Assembly: GCA_964035575.1 (NCBI GenBank)
Contig: OZ037834.1
Span: 558,001-622,000, forward strand
Direction: 5' to 3'
DNA from: Rhynchopus sp. YZ270_cl-10
Taxonomy: Eukaryota
DNA length: 64,000 bases
Shown piece after piece: positions 48,847 to 60,991 of this stretch (positions are counted from its first letter, which is position 1; every line of letters starts with the position of its first letter). Made by a program: the position numbers and the translations under genes. Below the pieces are notes generated by a model. It was not told the origin of the DNA. It did not search any database and saw only the letters and a program-made list of their open reading frames with translations.

Positions 48847-50363
48847 TTAATCATTTTTCTTCTTGCAATTTTATTGATTTTTGATTTGTGCATGTATTTT
48901 CAAAAAAGAAACGGCTGTGTTTTCTGTGTGAGATCCCTTATAAAAAAATGGTAACGCACCCAAAGGTACACTGTCACGAGAGGGGTTTTGTGTTTCACGT
49001 CACATTTTTGTTTATTTATTTTTATTTTGAAAACTATCTCTTTCAAAAGTAGACTCCACAACTGTAACATTTGCGTTACAGTAAGGAGGGAGGGCCCTCA
49101 TGTGTCAAAAATTTTAAAAAAAAAATGCACAAAAAAAAATTAGGGCCTATGTGATGTGCGAACCCTTTTTGCCATTTTTCTTTTTTGTGCTTTCATCCGG
49201 ATAGCTGGCAGCGTACAATGGGTCAGTCAGGAGGTGGCTGCATGAACAACTACAGTTTCTTTTCTTTTCTTTTCTTTTTTTTTTGTTTCTCTCTTTCTCT
49301 CTCTCTTGGAGTTTCACTAAGCACAATTGAGGCTTAGGATCACTCTTTCGCAAAAAACAAAATCTTTCTTTTACATTGTGATCTATTTATTTTTTATTTT
49401 TTATTTAGTGCTGAAGTATAACGTTTTCCCCTCTTTCAGTACAAAAAAAAAAAATTCCCCCCCCCCCCCCCTTTTTTTCCTCCCACAACAATTACGAGGA
49501 CAGAAACTTTCTTTTGATATGGTCCTTTTTGTAATGAATGTTGGGGGGTAGGCGTGTGTGCGTGTACCCGTTTGCAAAAACACTCCTTTATTTTCTTTTC
49601 TTTCTCGTTTATTTCAAAGCGCGGTGGGAAATCTCCAAGAGGTTTATGTGGGCTTTACGATAAAAAAAAATACACAAAAAACAAACAAAAAACAAAAAAA
49701 AAAAACAACTACGTTCCCCCACAATATCGCGCTATAAAAAACAAAAAAAAAAAAAAAAAAAAAAAACAAAATTCAACTTTAGTCCCTCTCTTCCTCTTCC
49801 TCTTCTTCTCTCTCTCTCTCTCTCTCCCCACTCCAGCCCCCCACACAACACTTTTCAGTTCACACAAAAAAAAACAAAAACAAAAACAACAAAAAAAAAA
49901 ACAACAAAAAAACAACAAAAAATAAACAACAAAAAAACAACAAAAAAAACACAACAAAAAAAAAAGACAAAAAATACAAAAAAAAAAAAAATGAGGATCC
50001 TCTTATTTTGTTGTTCCACTCCACCCCCCCTCCCTCAAAACCACCACAAAACATCCTCATCCCCCTTACTCTGCAGGTTGGGTTCCCCCCCTTCCCCTTC
50101 CCCTTCCCCGTTTCCCCCCCCCATTTTTTTTTCCCCTTCTTTTTCAGCTGGTGGTTTTGATCGTTTCAGTAGATTCGTGTCATAACTGAATAACTAAATC
50201 CTGAGGTGATTCTGTTATTGCATAAAGGGGAGTACATTGGTGAGAGATATTTTGTTTTATTTTTGTGTCAAAATTAAAAAAAGTATAGTGGAGTTCATCC
50301 TCGGGTGTCTACACTAATACAAAAACCAAGTTTTCAAAAAAGCAAACAAATTGTAAAAAAACA

Positions 50364-51617
50364 ATGCCTTCCTTTTCCGTTTCTTCTCTTCTCCTCCTCC
50401 GCACTCTCCTTGCTTTGATCTGTCTTGAAAGCTGTTGGGCATGCTTTGGGGTCTCCAACACTTGGCATCAATTTACTGGACGCTGCCGGGGTCTGGGGTT
50501 TTCTGAAAGAGGTCCTCTTCTTTGTGGCACGAACGGGGTTGCACAGAGTAGCAGAATATGCAAAATGGCGGATTCTACTGGAGGTCTTCTGAATACCTCC
50601 AACGTATACTCTTCTGCAGGCATCATCGAACACAGCTGCATGCAAAAAGCCTGCGAAGACAATTCTGATGTCTGTGGAGGTTATACAATGTCCGCTGGAA
50701 TAGCCTATCCGGTCGCCTCCACCGCAGGTCCTCCCGCACAATGTGGTATCGGACGGCGTACCACCCAAGCCACCTGCCCAACCCCCGACTGCCTCTGGAA
50801 AAACGGTATCTGTTCCGCATCTCCCGTTCAATACCCAAGCGGGTTCTGCTCTGATTGTAGCTGCCATCTGCCGGAGGGGACCCCTGCGGAAGGTGTCTGT
50901 TCTGGGGCAGGCTCTGTACTGGTAGGAGGGCATTGCATGTGTCCTACTGGGGGGGTATGCTTGGAGGATGGGAGCTGTAGTGGTGGGGCCACAACGAAGA
51001 GGGAGGCGGTGATATTAAGAGAACAACAACAACAACAACAGCAAAGCATATCAGGAAAGACACTTCTCCCTGGTACAGTACTGACCGCACAGAGGAGGTC
51101 GCGGACCAGAGGGAAGACTGTAGTGAAGAGGGGATGGGAGGTGAAAACGACCTGGTGTGCGTCGGATGATGTGTGTCGGGTGTTTGGGGATAAAGGTGCG
51201 GTGTGTCATCCATTGCGGAGAGTCTGTTTGTGCAGTGGTGGGGGTGGTGGAGTGGCGAACCCTCTGTGCCAAATGGCTAACAATGCAGAAGGTTCCGTCG
51301 CAAAAGGTTTGACAGCAGAGCTGCAGGTTGCGTACACTTCGAAGAACGTCCTATGTACTGCTGCGGTCGCAGAGCGTTGGGAAGCAGTGGTCAAAGCCTT
51401 GTCGGCACATAGCGGTTTTGGGAAGGTGGGGAGTAGCGTGGAGGTGACGCTGCATGGGGCAGACAGCGGGGCATTCTGCGAGCAGGCGACCCGTGGGGTG
51501 GTTTCCATCGCATACTCTGGGCCAAGAGTGGCGGAGCTACCGATCCACCTTGCAGAGGCTGTGGTGAAGGAAAAGGTTCTGGGGCTGTCGGTGCATGTTT
51601 CCTTTCGGCTTGGGTAG
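50364..51617 (+). CDS. Secreted cysteine-rich protein of unknown function
   Basis: Hydrophobic signal-peptide-like N-terminus; many Cys, some in EGF-like spacing; short poly-Gln. Confidence 0.75.
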   Translation: MPSFSVSSLLLLRTLLALICLESCWACFGVSNTWHQFTGRCRGLGFSERGPLLCGTNGVAQSSRICKMADSTGGLLNTSNVYSSAGIIEHSCMQKACEDNSDVCGGYTMSAGIAYPVASTAGPPAQCGIGRRTTQATCPTPDCLWKNGICSASPVQYPSGFCSDCSCHLPEGTPAEGVCSGAGSVLVGGHCMCPTGGVCLEDGSCSGGATTKREAVILREQQQQQQQSISGKTLLPGTVLTAQRRSRTRGKTVVKRGWEVKTTWCASDDVCRVFGDKGAVCHPLRRVCLCSGGGGGVANPLCQMANNAEGSVAKGLTAELQVAYTSKNVLCTAAVAERWEAVVKALSAHSGFGKVGSSVEVTLHGADSGAFCEQATRGVVSIAYSGPRVAELPIHLAEAVVKEKVLGLSVHVSFRLG

Positions 51618-53068
51618 GGGAAAAAAAAGTGTAGTGTATCAACACTCTAGGGTACACTAATACAACCAGGTTTTCAAAATAAAGGGAAAACTATAGGGGT
51701 GAGGTGTTAGCAAAAATGCATAGTGTATTTTCCTTGAAGTGTCAAGGTTTTTTTTTTAAAGGTGGGTGTGGGGGGGATAGCAGAGACGGGGTTAGAAGTC
51801 TATCTAATAAATTCTCTCTTTTTTTTTCTCTTCTGGTTCTTTCCTTCAGTGCCCTGCGTCTGTAGAGGCGTTTTGCAGCTGATTGTAGTTTAGTATTATT
51901 TTTTATTCTAGTTTTCAAAGAAAGGAACTGTGTCACATCTGGGACCAGGGATTTCTTTTTCGTCTTGGAGTCATCCTATAAATCTTTTTCTTTTCTTTAG
52001 TTTTTGCTTGATGTGTTCAGAGCTATTATTTTTATGGTTGGGGTCCGCCCCTATACAGCCGGTCATTGTACCAAAAGGTACACTGTTCACGAGAGGGCTT
52101 TGCATTTCAACTCTACTTTCTTTTCAGTATCTGCGTCCACCGATGTACGGTGAGGCACGAGAAAACACATTCACCTTTCAAATTTTATTCTGTTGCGACA
52201 CGTGTTTTTTTTTCCCCCTAACTTTTCAAAAAGAACCCCACACACACCTCAGAGTGTGTTCTGTGGTCCACCGGGACATCCCCAATTCACCCCCCCTCCT
52301 TGAGAGTCAGTGTTGGCACGGTTTAGCGCAGGGTGTTTAAAGCAGGTGGAATTCCTTATAAAACTGTGCTAAGCTTTTTTGGTGCGTATGAAGCCCGTAC
52401 TGCTGATGGGGTGGATTTGGGCTGCAGACACTGCGTACACCAGACCTCCCCCTTTTTCTCTCCAATTTAGTAGTATTCTAGCAGAACGATAACAAAAAAA
52501 GACAGTGGAGATTTGCACAACTGTGGCAACACAACCCGAGGCAACTACACTACTCCAACAATTTATCAAAATTTTTTTTTGATTTTGTTTACAAAAACTT
52601 AAAAGTAATTTCTTTGGGTTGAGGGTGATCTGCATCTATACCTTTGCAATTCATTAGCCTTCGGGCGACTTTGTGTACAGAACCCGTCCTCGGACAGGTG
52701 ATTGTCGAAACTACAAAAATATAATAGCAACAGGGTGCCCACATTGAGTGACTTCTAATCTGTACACCAGATCTCCCACCCGGTGGGATGGAGGTGGTGG
52801 TCACATAGCAAATCAGTAATGTGCTGTTCAGTATGTTTGTTGCGAGTTAGGAACGAGAGAGGGAAGAACAATGAAGGAAAAAGTCCCCATCCCCACATCT
52901 TTTCACTCTTTTGTCACCCTCCACCCACCACCCTCCACGCACCTTCCATTTTACCCCGCACCACACACAGGACAACACATTCCCTTCCTCCCCTCATTTC
53001 CCCATCCCATTCCAAACCCACCCCTGCAACCCACAGCCGTAGCTAACGACAGTGATTGGTTGCGTGCA

Positions 53069-55198
53069 ATGGGAGCATGGCACACCTTCATGCAGATGCT
53101 GAAGCCATTTGATCTCGATGAATTTGCGAAGAAGGCGATTTCACCACATAAACCAAACACCTACATTGCGAAAAAGCGCATTGGGCGTGATGGGTTCAAC
53201 AAGAGGTTGGTCTCCACTGTGGATGAACTCAAGGTGGGAATGACGATGCAAGACACAAGAGCACTGGTGTTGGCGTGTGGATCTGGAGTTGGGAAGACGT
53301 TTGGCACATCAACAGCACGGCAGGGCTTTCAACAGCAAGAGATGGAGAATGGGGGCAAGAAGCGTTATGAACCTGTTGTGGCATACATCGGATTCAACTG
53401 CAAGTCGATACTGTCCTGTGGTGAAAGATCCTTTCTCTCTGATAAGACCATCGATGGAGAAAGTTGCGTCAAGGTACTTGTCTTGTCCCGCTTGTTTGCT
53501 TGGCTCAATGGGTACAAGCAGCTACAGAGCGAGAAGCAGCAACTGGGCCCAACAGTTCTTGACATTCCAGACTCGGACGTGCAGATGCAGTTCATACTTG
53601 GAGAATTCTGGAACAGTCAGATGCTCAGATATGAACAACTGATGACCAAAGAAGAGCTCAAGCGCGTGAATGTGGACGACATAACCACAAGTGTGAAGGA
53701 GATGCTCGAGGATCTTGGGAAACAAACCCCTGGCCTTGTGTTGATTGTCGTCGTGGACGAGGGTCAGGAACTGGACGAGAGTCGTAAGGATGGCGCACGG
53801 TTTGCTCTGAGGTGCTTGCGAGAGCTCCAAATGGATATGATGGGTGTGAAGGAGGCAGTGAGAGTGCTTCCTGTATGCACGGAAATCAACCCACAGACCC
53901 ACCTCAGTGATGCAAGAGAAGGCAAAAATATTTCACTCAGCACACGCGAGGAGGCTTTGCTGAGCCAGGAAGAGTTTTGTCAACTTGTTTCTGATGCATG
54001 CAAGGAAGTTTCTGAAGTGTCGGAAGATGACATCCGTTTCTTTGCAGCATGCGCATGGCCACGAGCGAGACCGGTTATGTGGATGCAACAGGGGAACGAC
54101 TTCACCATGTGTTCGGATTCTTCAGTTTCCTGTTGGGAGAAAGGGATGGATGTTCGGCGGGTTCTTCAGGCAGCCGCAGATGGCACGCCTCTCGAGAGAG
54201 ACGAAGTGCCTGTCAACATGGTCCGTCTTGTGGATCAGAAGGGGAGGCAATATCCGTTGATTGACTACAGCGTGCTTAAGAGCACTGCGAGGAAGTTGAG
54301 ACTTTCAGAATACGTTGGTTCTGTTCCTGGCAAGGTGAAGCTGCAACAACTTACACACGATTGTCACGGCTTCGAGGCTATTGCCTTCCGAACTGTGGCT
54401 CTTTTCCTGTACTTCTTCTATCACAATAGGGAAAACAACGACTTCTTGCCAACACAAAAAAGCACAGAGCCACTCCGGAAATGGTGTCCACCTTCTGTGC
54501 AGAGGGTTGTGTGTGTGCAGAAACTGGGTGACTCAGAGCCCCAGTCTCATCCCTTCAACAGTCAAGGCTCCGAGGACTGCAAAGAACTCAGCACAGAATT
54601 TTTTGACTCGCTTGAGGAACTTTGCAACACCGGCGACACGATTCTGCTGCATTGCGGTGGATCGTCAGCGATGGACTTCATTTTGGTGACGTTGGAGAAG
54701 GGCAAGACACTGCACATCCGTTACGCAGATGCGAAGTTCAAGCAAAACCCAACCAATGATGGTGGCAATATGACCCAGATGACCGAGATGCTCACGAAGG
54801 CGAAGAAGGTCCACAAAGCACTACGTAAATATCTCAAGGAGCCCAAGAATCTCAAGAAACTCGAAAATCTCAAGGAATGCAGTCTGGCTCGATGGAACGA
54901 CGATAACTTCCTTCTCATCACCAACTCCCAGATGGAAGGTGACTGTGTGATGAGTCCTCTGACGACAACGTGGGAACCTATGACTACACTTCTGTACCGT
55001 AGTACTGGAACTGAAGAGGCGGATGAGGACAAGGCATTTCCACCCTCAAGTCTGTTGTCATCGCGTCCTGTGTGGCCTGCATTGCTGTCTCGGGGCTCGC
55101 ATGTTCCCAACCACATGTGGAAGACACCTCTACCCCCGACGAGAGCAATGATGACGAGACACATGCCGTTCTTCCGGAGAATCTGTAAACTGCTTTAG
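53069..55198 (+). CDS. P-loop NTPase + PD-(D/E)xK-like protein (Crinkler/RHS-type), copy 2
   Basis: Core 53103-55026 nearly identical to 12242-14162; preceded by a C-rich tract and CACAG acceptor (~53036), so the start is uncertain. Confidence 0.75.
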   Translation: MGAWHTFMQMLKPFDLDEFAKKAISPHKPNTYIAKKRIGRDGFNKRLVSTVDELKVGMTMQDTRALVLACGSGVGKTFGTSTARQGFQQQEMENGGKKRYEPVVAYIGFNCKSILSCGERSFLSDKTIDGESCVKVLVLSRLFAWLNGYKQLQSEKQQLGPTVLDIPDSDVQMQFILGEFWNSQMLRYEQLMTKEELKRVNVDDITTSVKEMLEDLGKQTPGLVLIVVVDEGQELDESRKDGARFALRCLRELQMDMMGVKEAVRVLPVCTEINPQTHLSDAREGKNISLSTREEALLSQEEFCQLVSDACKEVSEVSEDDIRFFAACAWPRARPVMWMQQGNDFTMCSDSSVSCWEKGMDVRRVLQAAADGTPLERDEVPVNMVRLVDQKGRQYPLIDYSVLKSTARKLRLSEYVGSVPGKVKLQQLTHDCHGFEAIAFRTVALFLYFFYHNRENNDFLPTQKSTEPLRKWCPPSVQRVVCVQKLGDSEPQSHPFNSQGSEDCKELSTEFFDSLEELCNTGDTILLHCGGSSAMDFILVTLEKGKTLHIRYADAKFKQNPTNDGGNMTQMTEMLTKAKKVHKALRKYLKEPKNLKKLENLKECSLARWNDDNFLLITNSQMEGDCVMSPLTTTWEPMTTLLYRSTGTEEADEDKAFPPSSLLSSRPVWPALLSRGSHVPNHMWKTPLPPTRAMMTRHMPFFRRICKLL

Positions 55199-55734
55199 AA
55201 GACCAAACCACTAAGCAACAGAGCTGGCGGAGTGATGTGTGTGGCTTTGTATGTTTCCGTAGTGAGTGAAGTTAGTAACGAAGCTTTCGATAGCTTTCTT
55301 GCGTGCAAGGGATGGGGGAGGGGTTTGATACAGGTTCGAAGAGTAACAAAAGCGTTGAAAAAATTGGTGCGTATGTGGGTGGGATGTAGTTAAGAAGAGT
55401 GTTCTGCAAGTAACACAGCCGTTGGGAAAAGAAGAGCAGGACGGGAAGTAAAATGATATTTGAAGATGTTTTAAAATAACTTCATACTCGCCTGGTGGGC
55501 GAAAACCAGTAATAATTTGCAGAGGAGGTTTGTTTATATTCTGACACTTAATTTGTGGAGATGTGTTTTATGGAAAGATGGGTTTATTTCGTTCTGGAAA
55601 TTGGAAGTTTCGGTAATCTTATTTGTTTCGGAAAATCATAGAAACCCCGTTCATCCTTTTGTTTAGTTGGTACGATCGTAATGTGCTGAAAGATGGTATT
55701 CAACTGCCAAACCCCCCCTCTGATGTTTCCCCCA

Positions 55735-55950
55735 TTCGCAAACGATTTCCGACGAGACCCAACCAATGATGGTGGTAAGATGCCCCAGATGACCGAGATG
55801 CGCACGAAGGCGAAGAAGGTCCACCAAGTACAATGTAATTATCTCAAGAAGCGCAAGAATCTCGAGACACTACACTACAAGTCTGGCTCGGTGGAACGAC
55901 AACAATTTTCCTTCTCATCACCAACTCCCAGCTTCAAGGTGGCTGTGCTC
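55735..55950 (+). pseudogene. Degenerate fragment of the nuclease-region end of the NTPase gene
   Basis: DPTNDGGKMPQMTEMRTKAKKVH... followed by frameshifts. Confidence 0.85.
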
Positions 55951-56564
55951 TGTTAGGTTCCCATGTCAGAGGACCCATGCACGAGAAGGTCCATTCATTC
56001 ACAGGAGAAAAATTACCAAAAAAAAAAAACCGAAAATTGGCGAAAGAGAGGGGGAAAAAAATCGAGCAAGGCAAACATGGTACAAAACAAAACAAAACAA
56101 AACAAAACAAGAGCACAAAACAAACACAACAAAAACTTCATAAAACACCATTCAAACTCCCTTGGTCATGCTGCAAGAATAAACAACTTATAGTGGAGTT
56201 CGTCCTCGGGTGTCTACACTAATACAACCAAGTTTTCAAGCAACAAAAAAAAACAAAAAAACTACAAAATAAAGTAGCAAAAACAAAAACAAAAAACAAA
56301 ACAAACTTTCAAACCCCCCTTTTCCCTTATAAACCCCTCCACTCCCTCCCCCTCTTCCGCCTCCCACAAACCACAGGGAAGGAAGAGGCCTTTATCCCCC
56401 CTCCCCCCTACCCCATATCTTCTCTCTCACACACTCACTCACCCGTTCAGAGACCCAACACACACACACACACCCTAAGGCAGAAACGGGCAGAAGAGAG
56501 AGAAGGTTGCAGGAGGGGTTACCGCGTACGACCCTGTAGTGGTGGGGGTGCAGCTGCAGCTGGG

Positions 56565-58844
56565 ATGGATGTGATGTACTCCCCACTAGACACGTACGAC
56601 ACGAACGAGATGAACACGGCGCGTGGTCCACAGCGAGAGGAAATGGTCGATGAGTCCCTCTTTGAGGATTCGCCCAGCTACCAGATCTTTAAGGTATAGT
56701 TCATGGGGTAAGATGTTCTATGATATTCGGAATTACCTCGAAAAGAAAGATGGAGGGAAAACAAAAAAAAAAAAAGTAAAAGAATGCCCTTCCTCCGTCC
56801 GGAACTTTTTGTTGCCTTTCAACCATATCATCACACCATACACCACAGCCCCGCCACGACCCCGAAACGAACGTCCTGCTTACACACGAAGACTTTCTAC
56901 GAAAGTACGCAGACGGGCAGAAGCTGTGGGAGGCTGCAAAGGAGCGCTCACCGCCCTTCCTCGAGACACAGTACCGCCTGGGCCATGGCACACACCTGGA
57001 CCTCTGCACTGAGCTGCGTACACGTGAACCTAACTACTTCATGGAAGCAAACTCAACGCGGTATGTCATGGGAAGACAGGGCATGGCAATCAACCGCCTT
57101 TTGGTACAGCAAGGTGGGGGCGGTTCTACAAAAAAAACAGTAAGCCCCTGTGGCTGCATACCGTTTGCTTCCATTTTCTATTTGCGATCCCGGTTTACCA
57201 TTTTACTAAGAGGCTTGGCCCAGTTACCATTTACTAAGTCCTCGTACCATTTACCGCCTTCGTAAATATGTTCGACCGTAATAAAGTTCCTGTCCTGTTC
57301 AGGATTTTTCTGGAACGTCCTTTTTTACGGTCGAACATTTTTACGAAGACGGTACTATGAGCTCGACTGAGATGCATTTTTTACCACGTTTCTAACTTCT
57401 CTTTATGAGTTAGTATATGGTACGATGGTACAGCCAATAAGGGGTTTAGGAGTGCACCTCCATGAATAGACCAACTTAATGCCACTCAACACACACACCC
57501 CCCCATCCCCTCCCCTCCACACACAGGACACAAAACTGCCTCACCTCCTGCTGCGCCTGGGCCTGCTTCCCTCTCTGCGGCCCCTGTCTCTACGGTGCTT
57601 TGGTCTCTCAGTTCGAGGTCCCCCGCGGCCACGTACAGCCGATGGAGGACGGCCAGGGTGGGTATATGCTTGCGGGGCACGGCGTTCACCGCGTCGTATC
57701 CCCTTTTGTGAAGAGTGTGGGCGTGCCTTTTGACATCAGTGCGGGACACCTGGTCCATGGGGACTGGTGTCTTGTTGTTATCGACCAAGGATTCATTGGG
57801 CTCGCCATGGATAAAGGACAGCCAATCCTCCTCCCACCAGGCTTCCACCAATGGAAGTCTACTACCCTGAAATTCGTGAAAACTATTGACCTGAATATGC
57901 CAGTCATCTTCCTCGGACCGTACACGCTGTTGACAGTGGACCAAGGGTACTGCGCCGTAACGCAGGACAACGGAAAGCAGGACATAAAATGCGGTGGGGA
58001 AGTGCATCTGCTGATGCACCGCAACCACAAATTTGAGAAGTTCTTGACACAGAAGATTCAGACCGACAACCTTGCAAGGATTGAGGTGATCACAGGAGAC
58101 AATGTTCTTATGTTGACCGACGCTACCGTAAACTGGAAGATATCCGACCCAGAATTAGCGGCAAAAAATGCGGCCGAAACCATGAAAAAGGCGAACGACA
58201 CTTCTCCACAACAGGGCGACATCACGAAACTGCGTAACGACATCCTCCAACAAGCCTCTGCATCACTCTCCTCCTTCATCGGCACCGTAAACTACTCTGA
58301 CTCCTTTTCCCCAATGGCTGCTGTGCATCAAGACTCTGCTCCGGTCACTGCGGAGGTGGATAGGGGGGAAGGTGGCCTGCTATTTGACCCAGAACGCATG
58401 CTTACTGCAGTCGAGCATGCAAACGCGGTGACCAGAGAGTATGGGGTGGAGATCATCAGTATCAACATCATTAGCGCTAAACCGAGCGATCCGACGTTGA
58501 TGACATCTCTGGCTCAGGGGGCTGTTGCGGCGGCGGAAGCGCTTCAATTAGAGATTTCCGCGCAAGGAAGAGCTAAGGCTGCGAAGATTGAGGCAGATGC
58601 CAGCGCTACAGCGTGTTTGATTGCAGCGCGTGCTAGTGCAAGCTGTGTGGATTTAAGCTCTAAAGCCGCAGCGGACGCAGAAGAGGTCCGTGCAGCTGGT
58701 GCAAAGACCGCAGCGGACCTCCTCGCGACAAGTGAGGTTGCTGTTGCGTTGGCGAAGATTGATAAAACAGGGTCCGCAATTGAGTCGTCGTCGTCTCTCT
58801 TCTTTGGTGCCGATCCGTCGAATTTGGGGGCTCTTCTTTCATGA
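56565..58844 (+). CDS. SPFH/band-7 domain protein; exons 56565-56693, 56849-57060, 57527-58844
   Basis: ITGDNV...DATVNWKISDP, EYGVEIISINIISAKP, Ala-rich AEG-like coiled coil; phase-0 and phase-2 GT-AG introns join in frame. Confidence 0.85.
57254..57352. mobile_element. TA-flanked MITE (Tc1/pogo-like) in SPFH intron 2
   Basis: TA|CCGCCTTCGTAAATATGTTCGACCGTAA ... TTACGGTCGAACATTTTTACGAAGACGG|TA; diverged relative at ~46965-47056. Confidence 0.75.
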
Positions 58845-60139
58845 GGGGAAAATGGGGGTAGAAAAAAGGGAAAATGGAATTAAAAAAATGTGATCTCAGA
58901 TAGTTTGGAAAAATATGGGTGAGGTGGAAGAGGAGGACAAAAAAACAGAGTAGCAAAAATAAAACAAAAACAAAAACTTTCAAAACCACCTTCGTGTGAT
59001 TGTTTCGGACAATAAGTATGCATTTTTAATGTTTTCGTGTCAACAATTTCTGCACTAAAAAAGCTTCACTTTTTGATAACGTTTTTTTTTTTTTTTTCGA
59101 AATTTTTTTTTTGTGGAAAAGATGTTGTATGCACTGTGAGGCGATATTTCATCTTCAGTTTTTTTTTCCAGATGTAAACCAACGAAAATGGATTGTAGGA
59201 CTGCATGGTTGGGAGTCCGCCCCTATACAGCTGGTCATTGTACCAAAAGGTACACTGTTCACGAGAGGGCTGTTTGTGTTTCAAGTCAACGTTCTTTTTT
59301 TTCTTCTCCCATCGAGATGCAATGGACAGCTCTTTAAACAGAGTCACATATTTTTTTTTTTTTGAAAGATATTTTTGTTCTGTTTTTTTGTTACATTCAT
59401 GTGTTTCGCTCAGTTTTTGGTTATTATGTGTGCTCTGTAGTGTCGAGGGAGTACTATAGTCGCTGCCCACCTAATATAGTTCACACAATACGCCTTTCAT
59501 CTGTTTCGGGGTTGTATATGCCAGGCACGTGCCTCCAAAAAGGCTTTTCCCCAACACAAACTACCTCGCTTGTTCTTTTATCTACAACGTCTTGAGATGA
59601 AGTGTGTGGCGTGTTGCCAACACGATACACAGCAACTTCCATCCATCTTTCACCTTTTGATGTGTTTGTGTGTGCACGACAGGGGCACATTCATCTTACT
59701 ACTACTTTTTTTTTGTTTTTGTTTTGTCTTTAAGTGTGTCTTCTCTACGCGAGGAAGTTTCCCCCCCACAATACCCTCTTCATACCCTCATGACCCCACA
59801 AAAAAAAACCCAACGAGAAAAAAGGAACCCCCTTTTTTGTTTTTGTTATTCCTACAAGCGTAGCTTAAAGGAGAAATAGTTCCTCAGATACGGTCGCCAA
59901 TCACCCCTCAAACAGGGTAATTGAGCAATCAACGAAAAAAAAGGGGGCTGATGTGGGGAGATTATTTGGTAGGACTGCATGGCCTCCACGCTGCACCACT
60001 TCACCCAAAAGCTACACCTGTCAAGAGAGGGGCTGTTTTTTTTTTGTATTTCAATGTCAAATTACTCCTCCCCTTTCTCCAACCAAAATTCTATGACCTC
60101 ACCACCACCACCCACCACCAGAAACACCACCCACTCCTC

Positions 60140-60991
60140 ATGAGCGACCCCACCCCCACCCCCGCTGCAGACCCCACCTCCACCACCCCCGCCCCACAGT
60201 CCGCCGGAGCCAAACGCAAACGCCCGACCACCAGCGGCAAATACACCGTCTGCGAGGCCGAAGCACCGGGCACACGCTGGACACGTTTCCCAATCCGGGT
60301 TCGCGCGCATCGTAACCCTCTGTCAGACAACGACGATGTCCATCCACGAGGCCCTGCTGACGTCCTTTGGGACGAAATGTACCCTGAGCGTGAAGGGAAA
60401 ATGGTAGAATATGCGGATATGGGATGCGCATATGGGGGGCTTCTGTGCAAGCTTTCTGCGCTTTTCCCTGATACTCTGATGATGGGGATGGAAATCCGTG
60501 ATAAAGTAGTATCATTTACGCAGGGACGTATTCAACACCTCCGCAAGGGAGAAGGAATCGACGGGGAAGGGGACGCAACGCACCACTACAACAACACCTG
60601 GGTCATGCAGGGGAACACGATGAAGTATTTGCCGAACTTCTTTGAGAAGGGGCAGCTCAAGAGACTTTCCTTCTGCTACCCGGACCCACACTTCAAGAAG
60701 AAGAACATCAGGAGAAGAGTGATCCAGGAGGCCTTGACCCACGAATATGCCTACGTCATGGCAGATGGCGGGCTGCTCTACACAGTGACAGATGTGAAGG
60801 ACCTCGCAGACTGGATGCAAATGCATTTGGACAAGTCCCCACTCTTCGAACGACTCACCGACGCAGAAGTCGAAGCCGACCCTTTCATCAAGTACGTCGC
60901 ACACAGCTCTGAAGACGCAATCAGAACAGAGAAGAAGAACCTTGGGAAGCACTATGCGATACACCGTAAGCTGCCAACACCTCCGTTGTGA
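60140..60991 (+). CDS. METTL1: tRNA (guanine-N7)-methyltransferase catalytic subunit (TRM8/METTL1)
   Basis: RVRAHRNPLSD, ADMGCAYGGLL, GMEIRDKV, NTMKYLPNFFEKGQL, YPDPHFKK, YTVTDV.DL..WM. Confidence 0.95.
   Translation: MSDPTPTPAADPTSTTPAPQSAGAKRKRPTTSGKYTVCEAEAPGTRWTRFPIRVRAHRNPLSDNDDVHPRGPADVLWDEMYPEREGKMVEYADMGCAYGGLLCKLSALFPDTLMMGMEIRDKVVSFTQGRIQHLRKGEGIDGEGDATHHYNNTWVMQGNTMKYLPNFFEKGQLKRLSFCYPDPHFKKKNIRRRVIQEALTHEYAYVMADGGLLYTVTDVKDLADWMQMHLDKSPLFERLTDAEVEADPFIKYVAHSSEDAIRTEKKNLGKHYAIHRKLPTPPL

Noticed and set aside
49240..49265. Spliced-leader-like ACTACAGTTTCT
   Set aside because: Match too short and part of a dispersed repeat module; the rest of the leader is missing
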